From: Trichodelitschia bisporula
Taxonomy: Eukaryota
Direction of reading: 5' to 3'
NCBI GenBank assembly: GCA_010356995.1
Contig: ML996694.1
Location: 867,224 to 931,223 of the forward strand
DNA: 64,000 nucleotides
This document shows positions 24,396 through 34,900 of this stretch, piece after piece. The notes beneath the pieces are model-generated. The model searched no databases. It was not told the origin of the DNA and saw nothing but the letters and a program-made list of their open reading frames with translations. Numbering within the stretch: the stretch's first letter is position 1; each line of letters opens with the position of its first letter. The position numbers and the translations under genes were made by a program.

Positions 24396-27300
24396 ATGGC
24401 CACCACAACAGTCACTCCTGGCGTAGTCCGCACTGCGTCGTGTGCCGGTGTCCCCCTCAGCCACCCAACTCCCGACCTTCAATCGCTTCAAGGCGCCTAT
24501 GTTCAAAATGTTGAGCGGTTAGAGGAGCGAGCTGAACGCATGAGCTTGGGTTCCAATATTGGCGAGGAGATTCGGAAGATCTGTGAGGAGCAGAAGCGCA
24601 GCGACAGCATCGCCAGTCGCGCCAGCCGTGGTAGTCGTCGCTCGTCCCTCGAGCAACACAGTGCCAGTCAACAACGACAAAGACCTCGCGACTCGTCCTT
24701 GAGTTCCTACACAAACTCCATCGTCGAAGTCAACGGCGCGGCGCGCTACGGTGGATACTCACCCAGTGGCTACATTGGTTCTCCACTTGGATCGCAGCGC
24801 TCGCTCCGCTCTGGGTCCTGGTCGCAAGTCTCCCACCCGACGTCTATGCCCGCCACGGTTCCTCGTTCCACCTCCAAAGCATCTCGTTCCACTTCCAAAG
24901 CATCTCGTCTGGGCAACATGTCGAGTCCCGAAACTGACACCGCCGAAATGCATGAGGAGCTACAGACAACACCAAACGCTCGCCATTCTCGTGTCCCCGC
25001 AAACGAATCGACGTCACGCTACCGATCACGACGGAGTTCTGCCGCCCACTCCCGTTATCGTCTCTCCACCGGACGTCTACCCAGCGATGCGTCCTATACC
25101 GGCCTTTACGACCAGTCTGAGAGCCAAACGGAGACGCGAGATTCCGCCGTCTTCGGAGATCTGTATGAATCTGCTGCGAAAGAAGTCAAGTACGACCCAC
25201 CACCGGAGCAAACGACTCGTGTCAGTATCTACTCCCCCACTTCCCCGAATGCAAGCCGCCGCCAGACGCTCGAAGCGAATAATCATCCACTTTCTCCCCA
25301 ACGCAGTCACCAATCTTTCCTCCCGCCCGTGCAGCAAGGCGAGGCCAGCGATTTTTCGGTCGGCTTCGACTTCACGGGCCATGGACAACACACGCTGGAT
25401 GTACAAAACATACTGGAGGGGCAGAACATGGAGGGTGGGCAAATCTTGCCAGGCGGCCAACACAGGCTGGGAATCCCCGACGGTCCCATCCGGCCGTCGT
25501 CGGCGGGGTCAATGGATACGCTTCAACAGGCCCAGGCGCTGTTCAAGGACTTTGACGGCACCCACTACCGCGTGCCTTCCCTCCGCATTCCCAGCGGTGA
25601 GACCGACGACGGCCGGGGCGATGTACTCAGAGACCTCCCGCACTTTGAAGACGGTGTGCCGCCTCCGGACGAGGACATGGTCTTCTACCCGGCACCCGTA
25701 CCTCGCACACTCAACCTTCCGCAACGCCTGTCCCAGGGTCCATCCGCCGCCGTGCACGCCAGACGCCGCACGCAGATCATCAACACGCTGTCGGCTGACG
25801 TCCGCAAGTCTGCCGCCTGGCTCAAGCATGACAGCTCCAGCGATCCGGACCTGCGCAAAAGCAAGCACATGTCTGCTCTGCCGCCGCAGCTGCGCGCAAG
25901 CGTATTCTTTGAGCACCAGTCGCGTTCGCAGGAGGTCGAAGTCAGGGAGTCGGCGGTGGCGACGCTAGATGACCTGCTCAATGCATCTGCCCACGCACCG
26001 GTTAGTGCTTTCACAGACCACCCCTTTGCAGGACGGGCAGGCGCGAAGGGCATTTACGAAAAGGAACATGCGCCGCGGAACTCGACGCATGTAGAACGGC
26101 CTGCAGAGGAAAAGAAGAAGCGACGCAGCTCGTTTCTCGGCCTGCGACGTGCGTCAGCCGCATCAGAGGATCTCCTCGCCGACGGCCGTAAGACACCCAA
26201 CAGGCTACAGAAGCGCGACAGTCGTCCACCAAGTCTCGGCAACGGACTCGATGACTCGGCCCTTGCACGTGGTCCCAACGGCGAAATTGGTGGAGTCGAG
26301 GCGCCCAGCCAGCCACGCATCGAGATTGACGGGCCGGATGATGAAGCCGTCGAGTCAGATGAAGAAGCTGAGCCAGAGCCGGAAGAAGAAGAGGAGGAGC
26401 CAATGGGTCGGCCCACTACGCTCCTTGCCGAACTGCAGATCCGCAAGGCTCAGCTGCGGCAGCGCAACCGCACCGCCGTCACCGCCTTCCCGAATGGCAT
26501 GCACTCAACACTCCTCGAACTCGATGCCGTCGCGCAAGTCGAGAAGAAAAAGCGGCAGAAGGCCCGTGTGGCTTTGGCGTGGGAAGACGAGCCAGAGGAA
26601 GATCCGCACGGGGACGACGAAGACGTCCCGCTCGGCATGCTCTTCCCCGCCAAGAACGGTCTCGTCAAGGAGAAGCTCGCGCAGCTCGGTCTCGCTGACT
26701 GGGACCGTCCGCTCGGCTTGCTCGAGAAGCGCGATATCGAGGAGAACGAGCCGTTGGCCCGGCGCGCGGCTCGGCTGCGCGGCGGAATCCCTGTCCGCGC
26801 GAGCCAGTACATGATCCCGTCTATTGTAGCCGACGAACCCAGCGAAGACGAGGAGGAAGAAGGCGAAACGCTAGGCCAGCGCCTCCGCCGCCTCAAAGCC
26901 GAAAAGGAAAAGGAAGCTGGGTCCGCCAAGTCCGCTGACGCCAGGTCTGCCGACCCCGAAGCCCGCCCGCTCAGCAGCACTTTCGCCACCGAGCTCCTCG
27001 GCGACCTGGGCGCCGCCGCACCTGCCAGTGCTAACGGCGCGACTTCGGAAGCCGCGAACGACAAGGACAAGCCCGAGGAAGGAACGACAGAGCACCCTAC
27101 CCTCGACCCGGGAAGGCTCGACCTGCCCAAATCCCCCGACCTTACCTCCCGCGCCTCCTCCCCCGCCGCCACGCCCCTCGATCCCCCCGACCGCTCCACC
27201 GCCCTCACCCCCGGCGACGATGAAACGCTCGGCCAGCGCCGCGCCCGTCTCCAGCGCGAGCGCGAAGCCGCCGCCGCCGCCGGCCGCCCCGGCCCTCCGA

Positions 27301-28001
27301 AGCGGAAGGGCTCGCGCATGACGCTCCTGGGCACGGAGGTGTGGCTGGACCGGGCGCCAGAGCCAGTTCAACAAGCGCCCACAGGGCCATACGAGAACAC
27401 TGGTCCAGACGTTAGCATGCACGACTTGCTGCAGAATATGCCGGCGGGGAAGCATGTCGCGCGGAAGGTGTCGAATGATATGCTCACGGCGGCGCTGCCG
27501 CGCGGGAGTTTGCTGAGGCAGAATGAGGAGGCGAGGCTGAGTCGTGTGCTTGGGGCGCCGCCGTTGGGGCAGAGGACTGTTAGTGGGGAGAATGCGCTTA
27601 ATCTGCTGGGGGGTGATTGGCGGGCGGAGCCGGAGAGGAAGAGCGCGGCGTTTAGGGGGGGGTTGTTTAATACCGGGACTGGGGGGGCGATGATGGATCC
27701 TGCGTATGGGGGGATGATGGCTGGTGGGATGTTGGGGATGGGGGTTCAGCAGCCAGTTGGGGTGAATAATTGGGCGGCGATGAGCAATCCGACGCTTGTT
27801 AGTGCGTATGGTGCGCAACAGAGTCAGGCGCAGCAGGCGCACATGCGGGCGGAGTATGCGAGGCATAGCACGTTTAGCGGGTGGGGTGGGCAGGGGCAGT
27901 TGGGTATGGGGATGGGGATGGGGATGGGGATGGGGTACGCTGCTGTGCCGGATCAGAGGGTTGTGGATAAGGTGGGGAAGTGGATGCGGGGGTTGGAGTA
28001 G
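24396..28001 (+). CDS. Large fungal hypothetical protein (~1200 aa, mostly low complexity)
   Basis: Uninterrupted ORF with a good-context ATG (ACAATGG) at 24396 after a CT-rich leader. Ordered-looking islands PDLQSLQGAY, FYPAPVPRTLNLP and PTTLLAELQ; GM repeat near the C-terminus. Confidence 0.85.
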   Translation: MATTTVTPGVVRTASCAGVPLSHPTPDLQSLQGAYVQNVERLEERAERMSLGSNIGEEIRKICEEQKRSDSIASRASRGSRRSSLEQHSASQQRQRPRDSSLSSYTNSIVEVNGAARYGGYSPSGYIGSPLGSQRSLRSGSWSQVSHPTSMPATVPRSTSKASRSTSKASRLGNMSSPETDTAEMHEELQTTPNARHSRVPANESTSRYRSRRSSAAHSRYRLSTGRLPSDASYTGLYDQSESQTETRDSAVFGDLYESAAKEVKYDPPPEQTTRVSIYSPTSPNASRRQTLEANNHPLSPQRSHQSFLPPVQQGEASDFSVGFDFTGHGQHTLDVQNILEGQNMEGGQILPGGQHRLGIPDGPIRPSSAGSMDTLQQAQALFKDFDGTHYRVPSLRIPSGETDDGRGDVLRDLPHFEDGVPPPDEDMVFYPAPVPRTLNLPQRLSQGPSAAVHARRRTQIINTLSADVRKSAAWLKHDSSSDPDLRKSKHMSALPPQLRASVFFEHQSRSQEVEVRESAVATLDDLLNASAHAPVSAFTDHPFAGRAGAKGIYEKEHAPRNSTHVERPAEEKKKRRSSFLGLRRASAASEDLLADGRKTPNRLQKRDSRPPSLGNGLDDSALARGPNGEIGGVEAPSQPRIEIDGPDDEAVESDEEAEPEPEEEEEEPMGRPTTLLAELQIRKAQLRQRNRTAVTAFPNGMHSTLLELDAVAQVEKKKRQKARVALAWEDEPEEDPHGDDEDVPLGMLFPAKNGLVKEKLAQLGLADWDRPLGLLEKRDIEENEPLARRAARLRGGIPVRASQYMIPSIVADEPSEDEEEEGETLGQRLRRLKAEKEKEAGSAKSADARSADPEARPLSSTFATELLGDLGAAAPASANGATSEAANDKDKPEEGTTEHPTLDPGRLDLPKSPDLTSRASSPAATPLDPPDRSTALTPGDDETLGQRRARLQREREAAAAAGRPGPPKRKGSRMTLLGTEVWLDRAPEPVQQAPTGPYENTGPDVSMHDLLQNMPAGKHVARKVSNDMLTAALPRGSLLRQNEEARLSRVLGAPPLGQRTVSGENALNLLGGDWRAEPERKSAAFRGGLFNTGTGGAMMDPAYGGMMAGGMLGMGVQQPVGVNNWAAMSNPTLVSAYGAQQSQAQQAHMRAEYARHSTFSGWGGQGQLGMGMGMGMGMGYAAVPDQRVVDKVGKWMRGLE

Positions 28002-29239
28002 GTGGTGCTTGGTCGTTGGATTGAGGTGATTAAAAGCTTGGGTATGGGCATTGGAGTATGATAGATGGTGCTGGTGTACTGCAGCGTTTTCTGGATGGAG
28101 AGTGAGGGTCGGGAGCGAGCATTTTGAGCATCTTTGCGGGGTTAGGATAGTGTTAATGCGCTAATTGCTCCGCTGTTGGTTTGGCTGTTGATTTGGTTGC
28201 TCGTGATGGATGGATGTTGGTGAGACTGTAGGCTTGGTTGTGGTCGACGTCAGCCTTCGGCACATGTTCCGAACGAGTAAGCATTTCATCTGCGTAGGCA
28301 CATTGCTGGCGGATGATATCACTACTTAGGTATCTAGTGAACGATTGGCGTCGCTTGCTGCTATATTCGTCTGGCGAGGCCGTTTATCTGAGGCATAGCC
28401 TGGTGTCACGTGGTTGGGGCGCCGACAGCCTCGTCGATTGTGCGAGTGGTGAGTGGATGAGAAGGGCTGGGGTGTGTGCAGTACGAGAGATTAGTGCTTT
28501 GCGGTGGTTATGATGACTATGATGAACGGGTAGGACGGATGGGATTGAGGTGAGTCGTGGAGAACCTTTTCGAGGATCGAAGCTGACGACACTCCAGTGA
28601 TATGCCTCTACCATGAGGCCGTTCAGGTGCCTCCCGCTTTGGTACTATGCAGCTTAAAGTTCCACTAAAAGTACGGCGGGAGTCCTCTCCAAAGTACGAC
28701 TCTCGACTGAATAGCCCGTTCCGCAACATCAATTCCCTTCGAAGTCATGTTCCGAATACCCGAGTCATCCCCCCTCTCGAGCGTCCCTGGCATCCCCACA
28801 CGAGCAGTGTACCTGAAGCCCACATGCCACCGATCACTCGTATCCCCACCCTCATCGTCGTCTCCATCCCAGGTTTCCACCAACTTCCCCGCCGTCAACC
28901 CAGGTCGTGGTCTAGTTGATCGTAGCAGGGTAGTCCAAGACACGTGCTTCCTCGGCATGTGTTCTGGTGTATCGTGGGAATCTGATGCTCGCAGGTCCGA
29001 ACGGGAAGTTACGTGATGGCGATACTGTGATGCTGGGCCTTCGGCTGCTCGTGATGGTGGTGTGGACTTGGGCGGTGGGCATCGAACGTCATCCAACGGA
29101 GCCGGGAGAAGCTGCACGGCAGAGAGTTATAAAATCCCCCATCACCACGCTTACACTATCAGCCAGACTCGAAGCGCGCAGCATCACTTCAGCCTCGTCT
29201 CACACATCTCTCAACTTCAAACCACCACTCCAATAAACA

Positions 29240-29632
29240 ATGCGTCCCGCCCGCATTCTCACCTCCCTCGTCCTCGTCGCACCAATATCCGCCCTCCCCG
29301 TCCCCGCCCCCTCTCCCCAACTCGGTGGTATCCCCAGCCTCTCCGACCTCGTAGGAACTCTGCGGGGAGTGGGCGACCTCCTTCAAGGCCAAACGCTAGA
29401 CAACATCGCATCGCTGATAGACAACGGCGCCGCGCTGCTGACCCCTGAGTTTGTGAATCAGACGCAGACGTTGATTGGGACTGTTGATGCGGTAAGTTGT
29501 ACATAGGATGGGTTGGAGAGTTTGCTGATATGTGAACAGGCGTTGCCGGCGCTGGCGGGGCTGTTGGGGAGTTTAGGGGGAACTGCTGGTGCGGGGACGG
29601 CGACGGTGGGGACAGTAGGGACGGCGGTGTGA
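29240..29632 (+). CDS. Small secreted protein (~114 aa)
   Basis: Signal peptide MRPARILTSLVLVAPISA-LP. Intron 29492-29539 (GTAAGT..CTGAT..CAG); stop TGA at 29630-29632. Confidence 0.75.
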
Positions 29633-29876
29633 TGTGTATTGTCTTCTCGGTTTCTTTAAGCAAAGTAGCTCGTGATTGGGAGCCTTGCGGTTTGATGATC
29701 ACTCCTTGAATAGCGTTCTGGAACACAATTCATCCAGTTACCAACATGGACTTCACGCATTAATCATGCCGACTATCGAATGCCGTACAATGCAACAGTT
29801 AACGCTTCGGCGAAGCTTCCCTCATTATGTCCGTCTCTATGGTCGTCTCGTTGGACTCGTACTTCGTAAACGGCCA

Positions 29877-31271
29877 TCAAAAGCGCTTTAATCTCGTCCC
29901 AATCTCCCTTTCATCCGCCAGTCGGACAAGCTCACTCCCAATCACAACGTCCATCAGTCCCAGCCCGACACTCTTATAAATGACATTCCCCCGCTCCAAC
30001 CACTCCTTCAAGCTCGCATTCGGATCCTTGCCCTCCTTCTCACTCTTCCCACTCTTCTTGCTATCTCCACTGTCCTTACTCACCACGCTCTCACTACTTC
30101 CATCCGTACCCAGATCCGTCACCCCGTGAACCTCTCGCTTCAACATCACCAGCTCCCCAAGCTCAACCACATCCCTCCCCCCAAGCCCCGCCTGAATAAC
30201 CTCCCCCGCCTCACGCATACACGACTCCACACTATCCACAATAATCGCCCCCCCCTGCTTCGCATGCTTATGAAAGTGCCGATGATGCGCATCATCCTTC
30301 GCCACCGCCTGCCGAATAACATCTGGATGTATCTCAATCATATGCGGCTTATAACTCCCAATAGCCGCAATATACCTCCCCTTCCTCCGCCCCTCCGTAT
30401 GCGTCAATATCTCCGGCGGAAAAAGCGCGCTCAAGCTCGGCGTCGTGCAGAATATCACCGCCGCGCCCCGTACCAAGCTCTTCAGATGCCGCGCATACTC
30501 CCCATGGTTCGGCGTCACGATCTTCGCAACGGGGTGCTCAATCTCCACTGGCCACGGCGTCTTATAAAGCTCTCGGATCAGATTCGCAGCCCGCTCAAAC
30601 GACCGGTTGATGATGTTGAGATGATGTACGTCCGGCCCGCGTAGGAGTAGCGCGAGGCGCGCATGCCAGTACGCCTGCTTCCCCGCGCCGAAGATAAGCA
30701 CGTCGTGCACGTTTGCGCGCCGGCGGAAGAGCAGCGTGCTCGCCAGCGCGGTGCGGAAGGCCGTGATTTCAGCTGCATTGAGCAGGGCGCGCAGACGCCC
30801 GGAGCCGTCGAGCAGCGTCAGGCTGCCCTGCGGCGATGTAGAATCATCCCGCGGTGTCGGGGAGAAATCCATGCTATTGAGCGTCGAGTTCGAGATATCA
30901 AGGCTAGGACTCGGCGTCGGGTCCGCGAGGCTCAGGGCCGTGAGGGACGGGGACGACTCGCTCGTGTCGGGCGGGGTGGGGTTGAGCCCGATGGTCCCGT
31001 CTAGCTGCGGCTCGGCGAGGGTGACGATCTTTACGCCCATTGCGGAGGCGCTGGAGGCGGGCATGAAGAGGGTTGTTTGGCCATCGGGGCGTTTGATGTG
31101 CGAGCGTGCGGGTTGGAGGGTTGCGCAGCAGGGATTGTTGTCCTCGGCCAGGCCGGTGGAGTACTGGTGGAGGGCGTCGGAGAGGACCTCTTGCAGGTCG
31201 AGGATGTCGGATTGGGTGAGGGAGTGGAGGAGGGTGCGGAGGTCGTCGTCGCTTAGGATTGTGAGGGGCAT
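29877..31271 (-). CDS. Ornithine cyclodeaminase / mu-crystallin family protein (PrnX / YGL159W-like)
   Basis: Single-exon 464-aa ORF with TLFMPA, GVKIV, ITAFRTA, IFGAGKQA, AIGSYKPHM and YKSVGLGLMD. Confidence 0.9.
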   Translation of the reverse strand: MPLTILSDDDLRTLLHSLTQSDILDLQEVLSDALHQYSTGLAEDNNPCCATLQPARSHIKRPDGQTTLFMPASSASAMGVKIVTLAEPQLDGTIGLNPTPPDTSESSPSLTALSLADPTPSPSLDISNSTLNSMDFSPTPRDDSTSPQGSLTLLDGSGRLRALLNAAEITAFRTALASTLLFRRRANVHDVLIFGAGKQAYWHARLALLLRGPDVHHLNIINRSFERAANLIRELYKTPWPVEIEHPVAKIVTPNHGEYARHLKSLVRGAAVIFCTTPSLSALFPPEILTHTEGRRKGRYIAAIGSYKPHMIEIHPDVIRQAVAKDDAHHRHFHKHAKQGGAIIVDSVESCMREAGEVIQAGLGGRDVVELGELVMLKREVHGVTDLGTDGSSESVVSKDSGDSKKSGKSEKEGKDPNASLKEWLERGNVIYKSVGLGLMDVVIGSELVRLADEREIGTRLKRF

Positions 31272-31928
31272 TGTTGTGGTGCTGTGGTGTTGTGGTGGGG
31301 GGTGAGAGGTGGGGTTCTGAAGTTGGAGAGGGGTACGAGGGGCAGGAGGGGTTCTGGGCTTCAGGGCCTGGGCTATCTGATTCCAATACTGGTTGCTGAC
31401 GAAACCCTTGGCCAGGAGGCTTGGGAGGGAGGGTGGCGGTTACGGTGCAAGCTTACTACTTCATTACTGCTGATTCCTGGGTTCAGCTGTCGGACTGGGC
31501 CCCAGCCTTGCTGCTTTCGGGTTGCCGAGATATCTGCGCGGCTAGCTGCTCCACCCCCGGCGCTACAGGAAGCTTGCTTGGGAAGCTTGAACGGAAAAAG
31601 AGCGCGCTGACGGAAAGCTTGCTAAGTCAAGTTTTACCTTCGTTTGACGCGCCATCGGGGAGAACCCTCATGTCCGTGCTAGATATCCTCCGGTAACCCA
31701 CACAGCTGATGCCATAGCATGCCGACCACGGCGTAAATGTCCAAGTGCGAGCCAAGGCTTAGACCGAACAGCTACTGGAACAACAATCAGTTCACGCACT
31801 ACGAAATGGGAAATTACATGAAACCCGCAAGGGTTCATGATTCATTTGCGATCTATGCATTCCGATCCGTGGTCCCGAGCCGTATCTCGACCTCTAGCAA
31901 TAACTATTGGAAAGACGGGCAAAGACCT

Positions 31929-34900
31929 TCAAGCAAAATAGCTCTTCCAAAGCACGCCCTCTAGATCCTCAAGTTGCTCGGGTTCAAACGCCTAGAAAAT
32001 ATTAGCATCTGGGTATTCGTGTCACTACGCAACGGAGTAATCATACCTTGACATCCACATGCCATGTATCCTGCCTCGTCTTCTTAAAGTCCGCCAGAAT
32101 CTGCTTCACACTCTTCCCCACCATACCGGGATCCCCAGCAGCCTTGAGAGCGAGCGTTGCCAACACACCCGGCAGCCACGCAGGCGGCGGGCTCGTATAC
32201 GGGAACGCCGAGACCAGAGACCCTAAACCGAGCACGGCACCGTGGCGAGTGATAACGAGCTTGTTCTGCTCCGGCGTAGGAGTTGCGGTACGGTCCCCGG
32301 CAAGGCGCCGCTTGGGCAGAGGGTTCTTTCGCAATATCTCGGTGAAGCGATCCTTCAGCTCCGAAACAACCTTCTCCCGCAGGCCCACGGGCGAGCAGCG
32401 GATCATGCCAGACAGCGTGGTTGAGGCGCCTATGCGGACTTCCAACTGACTGTCACCCAACATCGAAGAGACGCAGTCGTACAGGATCTGCTGCTGCGTC
32501 GGAGACATCAGGAAGAGTTGACGGAAGTAGATGATTTGAATGCAGATCAGGATACGCAGACGTTGATGCCAGGAGGATGCCGTTTTGCCGATGTTCACAA
32601 GCGCCTTGATGAACTCTGCGTCCTCACCCGGGCGGTGGGGAATGTTGGGCATGTGTCTAAAAACCAGATACGCCAGCCCTTGGAGCTCCTGGTCCTCCTT
32701 GATGTCCATCATGTGAAGGAGCTGCTCGAGGAAGACGTGAGGGAAGAACTTGACGAGCTGAATGCACTCCTGGGATGACAGCATTCCGTCGAGCCACAGA
32801 AGAACGGTTTTGCCGCCAGACGTGTACGGTGAAGGTGTCTGCTGGCCAGGCGTGCGCTCTTTGCGCCACTTCTCCAGCTGCTCGAACACTTTATGGACCG
32901 TTGCAGAGAATTCCTCATCGGGCTGATAGGGTCGGACGCCAATTGAGCAGGCTTCTTTCTGCTTTTCGATCAAGGTCTTGACATTGGCGTATGACTCGTG
33001 GTAGCGAGACCGATATATGGCTGCTATTCCTAGTCCCATGGCCTCGCGCACACCCTTGTAGGGGTGGTCGAGATGCTCCATGAAGTTTTCCAGGACCGGT
33101 TTCTCAAGCCGGAAGTGCCAACCCGTGGTCGTGATTGCTTGATTCAGCAACTGAATCTTCGAGCTCTCCTTGAAAGCAGCATTCGACGACATATCCAGGC
33201 GAAAGCCAGCCAGAAGGTCAAGGAGCGGCCACACCCGACGAGGATCCTTGCCTTGCAGAATCAGCTGCAAGAATGAGGTCCAGTAGTTGGAGTTTTCCGG
33301 GGTTAAGCCGTCCTTGAATATGCCCCGAACCACAGGGAAGACGAAACGCCAGACTTCCAACCGCAGGTCCTCCTCAAGGTCGACGGCACAAGACAGCAAG
33401 GCGCACATGATTTCAGCCGTGGCTCTGTGTTGATGCTTGTCGCTACCGTCGCTGTACACGGCCATAGTGAGATCCTTGATATCCTCGAAGGTCGCCACGG
33501 AAGCCCCCCCAAAGATGAGATCAAAGGTGTGCGTGAGCAGCAGGGCGTTGGCTGTACGGAAGCGGTCATTTGAAGTGTCCTTGGGCTCTTGCTTCATGAA
33601 CGCGAAGAATGTGGAGAACCAGTGGCGATCCAAGAGGGAACCGAGGCGCTTCCGAGCTTCTGTCTCGGTCTCATCGTACTCCATCCGCGTCGGGTTGGTA
33701 ACGAATGCAGGCATAGTCGGTTTCCACGCCAGCCACCCGGGGTAATCAAAGTCCACATAGTACTCTGCTTCCGGGTGCGCAAAGTCGTCTAGGAACTCTT
33801 CGGTCCACCCAGGCTCAAGGTTCTTTGTCGGCACCTGAATCTTATCCGGGAGTTCCTCTTCACCGAGAATGTATCTCTTGTAGTCATGCTTGCACAGACT
33901 CCGAACACTGATGTAGTTGAAGATGCTATGCAGCGCGGTCGAGTACATTCCACGCAGGCTGGGATGAGGATCGATTGAGCCCTTGGTGATGAGATCAAGC
34001 ATAGGCCCCGAGGCGATTGTGTGAAACCGCACGTCCAGGTTCACCAAGATGGCGGCGGTCCGCTGGGCTTGCTTCCAGTGGGAAGTGCGCGCAACATCCA
34101 CCAACTCCGCGGCCAGTTCAGCTTTCTTGCCTTCTATCTTGGCACGTAACGCCCGGATCCGCTGCTTTCTCTTTTCTATCCGACTTTTGATCTCACTGGC
34201 TTCTTCATCCGGAACCGGGACAGCGATTGCGTCGACGGTGTCGTGATCGAGAATAACCATCAAATCAAGCGCCTTGCCCATATCCATGACCTGATACAGG
34301 GCATTGGCGAGAAGCTTTTGGATAGATTGCTTGTCCGCATTGGTCGCTTCTATGAATATCTTGATCAAGCGGGGGGTGTACTTCCAGTTCCGGCTGATAG
34401 ATTTGGCGAGGCTGCCGAAGAGCAAGGAAAACATGGCACCCTTGATTCGAGGGAAGTCATGAACTTTGACCGCCTTCTCCAAAGCGTCGAGTAGCGGAGG
34501 AATAACAAGTGTACGAGCGCCCGAAATGCATTTGAGGGCAGATTCATTGGCGCCTTGAGCGGTTCGGCGAATTTCCGTGTAGATCGACACGCTGGAGTGG
34601 GCGAGATCCATGAGGAGCTGATTCTCCAACGGGCCTTGCGGACGAGGACTCGCGTTATGGCGTAAACGCTGAAGGTGGTACACGTTTGCACGACGCACCA
34701 ACAGTGGGCGCGGGTATTCTTTGCGGAGCCCGCTGAATTTGTAAGGGTGAATGTCGGCCGCCAGGAGACGGGTAACCCTGTCCAGGACGTGCGCTGAGCG
34801 CTCGATTCCAACGTCCACAAACCATGCGCGGTACGCGTTGTAGAGAGCGTTGAAGCATGGCACATCGTCTTGTTGATGATTCACCAAGAAGACGTGAACT

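Noticed and set aside
28510..28590. Box C/D snoRNA-like TGATGA..CTGA
   Set aside because: No terminal stem and no rRNA-complementary guide that I could identify.
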